NCBI GenBank assembly: GCA_051252375.1
Contig: JBPOFY010000003.1
Location: forward strand, 416,001-480,000
DNA from: Opitutaceae bacterium
GTDB lineage: Bacteria > Verrucomicrobiota > Verrucomicrobiia > Opitutales > Coraliomargaritaceae
DNA length: 64,000 nt
Direction: 5' to 3'
A program made the position numbers and the translations under genes. Under the pieces are notes generated by a model. The model searched no databases. It was not told where the DNA came from and worked only from the letters and a program-made list of their open reading frames with translations. This document shows positions 59,010-64,000 of the stretch, one piece after another (position 1 is the first letter of the stretch; the number at the start of each line of letters is the position of its first letter).

Positions 59010-60416
59010 ATGAAAAATATCCTATTACCCCTTGTCGCGGTTTTTACAGGCAGCCTGTTATTGCAGGCCGAAGTTGAAATCGACAAGAACAGCTACGCAT
59101 ATCGATTCGACTCGAGTCTGAAGCAGTCTCCAGACTCGATCGCTCGTAATCAACAATGGTTCTACGATGCTAAATTCGGCGCCTTCATTCACTTCGGTGT
59201 CTATTCTGTTTTGGAGGGCGCTTACAAAGGGAAGCCTCAAGGACCCAAATACGCTGAGTGGATCTGGGCCGATGCGAAAATATCAGCAGCTGAATATCGC
59301 GAGGTTGCCATGACTTTCAATCCGGTTGAATTCGACGCGGATGAGTGGGTGAAGGTCTTTAAAGATAATGGCATGAAGTATGTCGTGATCACATCGAAGC
59401 ACCACGATGGCTTTGCGCTGTATGATTCCGCAGTGAGTGATTTTAATATGGTGGATGCTACGCCGTTTAAGCGCGACATTATCAAGGAACTGAGTGAAGC
59501 CTGCCACCGTGCTGGCCTGAAGTTTGGCGTCTACTACTCTCAGGCGCAGGATTGGGATGAACCCGATGCGCCAGTGATGATGCGTCGGCGCACCAGAATG
59601 AGTGTGATGCATCCAGAGATCCCGAAAGGATTTAAGCCAGATTTCGACAAATACCTACAGGAAAAGAGTCTTCCTCAGATTGAGGAATTGATGAAGAACT
59701 ATGAGATCGATTTGGTCTGGTTCGATACGCCTATCAACATGACCTTTGAGCGGGCTAAGTTGTTTACCGATATCGTTCGTAAATATCGTCCGGATTGTGT
59801 GATCAATTCTCGTCTTATTCAGAAGGGAAGGGATAAGGTGCTACAGAAAAATTTAGAGCTCTTCGATTATATTTCAGTGGGTGACAAGGAAGTGCCGACA
59901 GAGAAACTGCCGCTTTATTTCGAGTCTCCAGACAGCGTGAGCACTTCTTACGGCTATAAAACTAAAGGAAATCACCAATATCACACTGAAGAGGAGATGA
60001 TTCACCGTTTGGTGAATACGGTCTGCGCCGGCGGCAATTACCTGCTCAACAACGGCCCGATGGGTAACGGCAAAATCGACCCCGAAGCTGTGCGCCTCTA
60101 CGGCGTGATCGGCGACTGGCTCAAGGTGAACGGCGAATCCATTTTCGACACACGCCGCAATCCACTACCTGAACGTCCGGAGTGGGGCGACTGCTCAATT
60201 AGCAAGGATGGCAAGACGCTATATCTTCATGTGATGGACTGGCCTGAAAGCGGTAGTATTACGGTCAATGATGTGCCTGGCAGCGCGAGCTCTGCGATTT
60301 TTATGGCGAACGGTAATAAGGCAGATTTCACCCAGCAGGGAGATGCACTGAAGATTGCTTTGCCGGACGAACCGCTCGATCCATATGCTACCGTGATCAA
60401 GCTCCAACTGCAATAG
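59010..60416 (+). CDS. GH29 alpha-L-fucosidase
   Basis: WFYDAKFGAFIHFG, YAEW, FNPVEFDADEW, TSKHHDGF, VWFD (nucleophile), GGNYLLN, WLKVNGESI. ATG at 59010 precedes a signal peptide. Confidence 0.93.
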   Translation: MKNILLPLVAVFTGSLLLQAEVEIDKNSYAYRFDSSLKQSPDSIARNQQWFYDAKFGAFIHFGVYSVLEGAYKGKPQGPKYAEWIWADAKISAAEYREVAMTFNPVEFDADEWVKVFKDNGMKYVVITSKHHDGFALYDSAVSDFNMVDATPFKRDIIKELSEACHRAGLKFGVYYSQAQDWDEPDAPVMMRRRTRMSVMHPEIPKGFKPDFDKYLQEKSLPQIEELMKNYEIDLVWFDTPINMTFERAKLFTDIVRKYRPDCVINSRLIQKGRDKVLQKNLELFDYISVGDKEVPTEKLPLYFESPDSVSTSYGYKTKGNHQYHTEEEMIHRLVNTVCAGGNYLLNNGPMGNGKIDPEAVRLYGVIGDWLKVNGESIFDTRRNPLPERPEWGDCSISKDGKTLYLHVMDWPESGSITVNDVPGSASSAIFMANGNKADFTQQGDALKIALPDEPLDPYATVIKLQLQ

Positions 60417-60533
60417 GAGGGCGTCGCTCGTCGACGACTGATAAAGCATCCCCTATACTGGTGATAGACGATGAATCGCAGTTGAGGTAGTATTGATGGC
60501 TGGCATAGCTCTCTGTATTTATCCACATATCAA

Positions 60534-61919
60534 ATGTATACACTCACTCGATTAATACTCACGTTCAGCGCTTTTGCGATGTGCTCTGCTTTATTAGCGC
60601 AAACACCGCGACCGAACGTGCTCATATTCTTTATTGATGACCTCGGTTGGAACGATGTCGGCGTCAATGGTTCCACTTTTCACGAAACGCCACATATTGA
60701 CGCACTGGCTGCGAGTGGGGTGAACTTTAAACGCTCCTATTCGGCTAATCCAGTTTGTTCGCCCACTCGGGCGGCATTAATGACGGGCAAAGCACCGCAA
60801 CGGGTGGGCATCACTCAGTGGATTCCCACGGGCAGCAAGATTGCGCTGCCTTTGTCGGAAGTAACGATTGGCGAAGCCTTTCTTGAAGCGGGTTATCGCA
60901 CCGGTTACATCGGCAAGTGGCACTTGGGCAAAGAGAACGCGGCGCAGCCTGAGTATCAAGGATTCGAATACACCAAGGCGGTCAATCGCGCTGGGCAACC
61001 AGCCTCATTCTTTTACCCTTTCGGGAAGCGCAAAGGCGGCAGCAGTGTGCCAGACTTGAATGACTATAAGAAAGGCGATTATTTGACAGATGCGCTTACG
61101 GACAAGGCGATCGAGTTTATCGATCAAAGTAGTGCTAAGCCCTTCTTTCTTTGTTTATCGCACTACGCCGTGCATACACCGATTCAAGCACCTGCGCCTT
61201 TAGTTGAGAAATACAAAGCAAAGAAGATCGAAATGTATGGTGCAGGCAAACCTCAGCAGGTAGAGGAGAAATACAATACGCTCGCATCTACGCGCCAAGA
61301 AGACCCGACTTACGCAGCGATGATGGAGAACCTCGATTGGAACATTGGGCGCGTAATTGACCATTTGAAGGCAGCGGGTGAACTGGATAACACAATCATT
61401 CTATTCACGTCAGATAATGGCGGCCTCGCTCATCGAAGACGGGACTTCGCTCCGACGAGCATCGCACCCCTGCGTTCTGGTAAGGCGTGGACCTATGAGG
61501 GTGGTATACGTATCCCCACGATCATTAGCTGGTCGGATCACATAAAGCCCGCGACCACTGAGGCTCGTCTCATTACTATGGATATGTATCCGACCTTGCT
61601 GGATCTGGCGGGATTGCCGCTTAAGCCAGAGCAGCATTTAGATGGGCATTCATTGAAGTCTGTAATCAGTGGTGAAGCCAAAGCAGAGGATCGTGTTTTG
61701 GCTTGGACTTACCCGCACGTGCATGGGAGCGGACACAAGCCTTCGGACGCGATTTTGGTCGGTGACTGGAAGTTGATTCGTTTCGAGAGCGATGAGCCAA
61801 CGGAACTCTACAATCTTTCTACAGACATCGGTGAGAAAAAGAATCTAGCTAAACAATACCCAGAGAAGGTGCAGAAATTGAACAAGCTCTTAGATGCCTG
61901 GCTAGAGCAGACGAATTAG
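60534..61919 (+). CDS. Sulfatase (S1 family), secreted
   Basis: PNVLIFFIDDLG, CSPTRAALMTG, IGKWHLG, HYAVHTP, FTSDNGG, YEGGIRIP. Confidence 0.94.
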   Translation: MYTLTRLILTFSAFAMCSALLAQTPRPNVLIFFIDDLGWNDVGVNGSTFHETPHIDALAASGVNFKRSYSANPVCSPTRAALMTGKAPQRVGITQWIPTGSKIALPLSEVTIGEAFLEAGYRTGYIGKWHLGKENAAQPEYQGFEYTKAVNRAGQPASFFYPFGKRKGGSSVPDLNDYKKGDYLTDALTDKAIEFIDQSSAKPFFLCLSHYAVHTPIQAPAPLVEKYKAKKIEMYGAGKPQQVEEKYNTLASTRQEDPTYAAMMENLDWNIGRVIDHLKAAGELDNTIILFTSDNGGLAHRRRDFAPTSIAPLRSGKAWTYEGGIRIPTIISWSDHIKPATTEARLITMDMYPTLLDLAGLPLKPEQHLDGHSLKSVISGEAKAEDRVLAWTYPHVHGSGHKPSDAILVGDWKLIRFESDEPTELYNLSTDIGEKKNLAKQYPEKVQKLNKLLDAWLEQTN

Positions 61920-61963
61920 CGAAAACCATTCGCAGATTAAATTTAAAAAAAAACAGAGAAATC

Positions 61964-64000
61964 ATGAAACATATCCCAATAGTATTAATCCTTTCGATTG
62001 TATCGCTGTGCTCGGCTTTGAATGCGGAGTCCATTGTCGTCTCTGGCGCCTCGACTGGACTGATCGTCGAAAACCTAAACGCGGCAAAGCCGGACAAGGC
62101 GGGCATCGTTCTCAGTCGTGAGGTGGAGTTACCTCAGTTTGAGAAGGGGGTGTTTTATCGACCATTCACTGCGCGCAATGGAAAAGGCGGCAGCATAGCT
62201 CGTGGTAATCGTGTGGAGGCTGTCGCTTTCAAATCGATTGCTGAATTAGAGGCTTACCAGCCATCCAAAACACGCAAAGCCCATGATCATGTGCAAGAGG
62301 GGCAGTTCATCTTGCTTCAGCTTCCGAAGGGTAAGTATATGGCTTTGTTGCCAATGACTTCTAAAAGGACGTTCGGTCAATTCTTTATCGAGAATGGCAA
62401 ACTCATCCTTAAGTCAGGCAACTATGGCACCAATGCGATTGATGGTGAGATACCACTGGTTTGCTGGGCTTACGGTGAGTCACCTTATGCAGCGACCAAA
62501 GCAGTTTGGGATCAAGTTTTTGAGTCAGGCTTTGTCGCCGCTCAGCCTCGTTCGACCAAGCAATATCCTGAGGAACCTTATGGTTATCTTGGCTGGTGTT
62601 CGTGGGAGTTTTACAAGACGAAAATTTCCGAGAAAATTATCTCCGATGCGTTTCATACGATTGAAGACAACAGTGCACCCATCCGTTGGGTGATGGTGGA
62701 TGACGGATATTTGGATCAGGAAAAACGTATGCTGAAAAGTTTTGGCGTTGATCAGAAAAAATTCCCCAATGGTTGGGCTCCGATCGCTGCTTTGAAGAAT
62801 GATGAGCAAATTAAGTGGGTCGGTATTTGGCGTAATTTTGGCGGCTACATGAGTGGTGTGTCTGCGAATCACACCATGGATGACTTGAAGCCTTATCTTA
62901 AAAAGATGAAGAACCCGCGTATGGTATTGCCCGATAATACACCCGAAGCGTCGAAGGCTTTTTATGATAAAATGGTCAGTGATACGAAAGATAACGGCTT
63001 TGATTTTATTAAGGTCGATTTCCATTTTAAAACCTTTGAGCACTATATCGGATCTACAGATGCTGTTGAAGCGATGCGTCAGAACAACGAAGCGCTTGAG
63101 AACGCTACGCATTCGATGGGCATCCCTCTACTTAACTGTATTGCGCAGCCGAACATTAATTCACTGCAAACTAAATACAGCGCGCTGACTCGTTCTAGCC
63201 CTGACTACAATCAGAAGGATAAAGACAAAAATAAGTCGAATACCTACCAGAGCTTTGCAAACCACCTTTGGATGTCACAGACCTTGTGGGGTGACCTTGA
63301 TATGTTCCACTCACACGATGAGCGCGATGTGAAGCCAATGGCCATTGCTCGTGCTATTTCTGGTGGACCGGTTTACATCTCTGATGAGCCTTCGAAGATT
63401 CATGCCGACGTCTTGATTCCATTCGCCTACGAGGACGGTAAACTGCTGCGCACTTCTGCACCAGCAACGCTGTTACCGGAGAGCTTCTTTATTCATCCTT
63501 TCCGTGATGACCATGTCTTCCGCGTGGTCGCACCCATGGAAGATGGGGTGGCTGCCATTGCGTTATTTAACTTCACAGAGAGCGGCAAAACACTGAAGAG
63601 TGGTTTTTCCGCAAAGGACTACAGCCATGCTGGTGAGCTATTGTCTAATGGCGCTGCGTGGACCGCGCCTGCCGAAGGCTTGTTGGTCTATGACCGCGAA
63701 GCCAAGAGTGTGGTGGAGCTAGGTAATGGTTTCTCTACCGAGGTGTCTAAGTTCGACGCGAAGCTGTTCCTGATCTATCCGAAGGTTAAGGGCTGGGCAG
63801 TGATCGGGCGCATCGATAAATACTTGCCGGCTGCGGCGGTGGACGTGCATTCCGCTACGGACGATCAGATCACTTTTACTCTGAAAGAATCTGGTCTTGT
63901 TGCGCTTTGGAGCGAGAAGGGTGCACCGAAAATGGAAGGTGCTTCATTCGAGTCACTAGGCAACGGTTTGTATGTTGCGAATCTATCCGTTTCAGCTGGG
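61964..64000 (+). CDS. GH36 Sip1/raffinose-synthase-like alpha-galactosidase, 3'-truncated by window edge
   Basis: Not in the ORF track because no stop lies in the window. Read manually from ATG 61964: signal peptide MKHIPIVLILSIVSLCSALNA; GYLGWCSWE, WVMVDDG, FDFIKVD, DLDMFHS, RAISGGPVYISD. Confidence 0.88.
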   Translation, partial: MKHIPIVLILSIVSLCSALNAESIVVSGASTGLIVENLNAAKPDKAGIVLSREVELPQFEKGVFYRPFTARNGKGGSIARGNRVEAVAFKSIAELEAYQPSKTRKAHDHVQEGQFILLQLPKGKYMALLPMTSKRTFGQFFIENGKLILKSGNYGTNAIDGEIPLVCWAYGESPYAATKAVWDQVFESGFVAAQPRSTKQYPEEPYGYLGWCSWEFYKTKISEKIISDAFHTIEDNSAPIRWVMVDDGYLDQEKRMLKSFGVDQKKFPNGWAPIAALKNDEQIKWVGIWRNFGGYMSGVSANHTMDDLKPYLKKMKNPRMVLPDNTPEASKAFYDKMVSDTKDNGFDFIKVDFHFKTFEHYIGSTDAVEAMRQNNEALENATHSMGIPLLNCIAQPNINSLQTKYSALTRSSPDYNQKDKDKNKSNTYQSFANHLWMSQTLWGDLDMFHSHDERDVKPMAIARAISGGPVYISDEPSKIHADVLIPFAYEDGKLLRTSAPATLLPESFFIHPFRDDHVFRVVAPMEDGVAAIALFNFTESGKTLKSGFSAKDYSHAGELLSNGAAWTAPAEGLLVYDREAKSVVELGNGFSTEVSKFDAKLFLIYPKVKGWAVIGRIDKYLPAAAVDVHSATDDQITFTLKESGLVALWSEKGAPKMEGASFESLGNGLYVANLSVSAG

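Noticed and set aside
60417..60440. GGAGGG-CGTCG-CTCGT-CGACG short hairpin after the fucosidase
   Set aside because: The stem is only 5 bp and there is no convincing second copy in the window.
61945..61953. A9 homopolymer upstream of GH36 as a phase-variation switch
   Set aside because: Intergenic A-rich tracts precede many starts here, and a single sequence gives no evidence of length variation.
62525..63112. 195-aa minus-strand ORF
   Set aside because: Antisense to the GH36 frame, which carries clear family motifs.

Overview
A gene-dense, mostly accessory carbohydrate-utilisation region. It is probably from a marine Verrucomicrobiota member (Opitutia, Coraliomargarita/Lentimonas-like); this is inferred from the PEP-CTERM style, the ECF/Ser-Thr kinase pair and the sulfatase density, not from a marker gene. 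It encodes seven Cys-type or presumed S1 sulfatase domains, two GH2, a GH35, a GH29, a GH36/Sip1, an O-acetylesterase and an M60-like peptidase. No TonB-dependent receptor or SusC/SusD pair is recognisable. The most striking content is two paralogous, oppositely oriented operons (8244-15242 minus; 27391-35655 plus) with identical gene order: ~1030-aa secreted TPR protein, ~375-aa TPR-like protein, ExbB/TolQ, two distinct ExbD/TolR, then one or two TonB-like proteins. These last proteins have an SxxxH transmembrane helix and a Pro-rich linker, but end in vWA or PA14-like domains instead of TonB_C. Together they look like an uncharacterised proton-motive-force-driven envelope machine. Other notable items: an ECF-linked kinase with a WNK-like displaced catalytic lysine; three modular surface proteins sharing an N-terminal domain but carrying different C-terminal sorting tails (one fused to a sulfatase); an ApbE/GT-C/GT2 set flanking them; a ThuA/Gfo-Idh-MocA/epimerase operon; and nested REP-like palindromes. 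No rRNA, tRNA, CRISPR array or transposase was recognised. All family calls come from motif reading only; no database searches were run.
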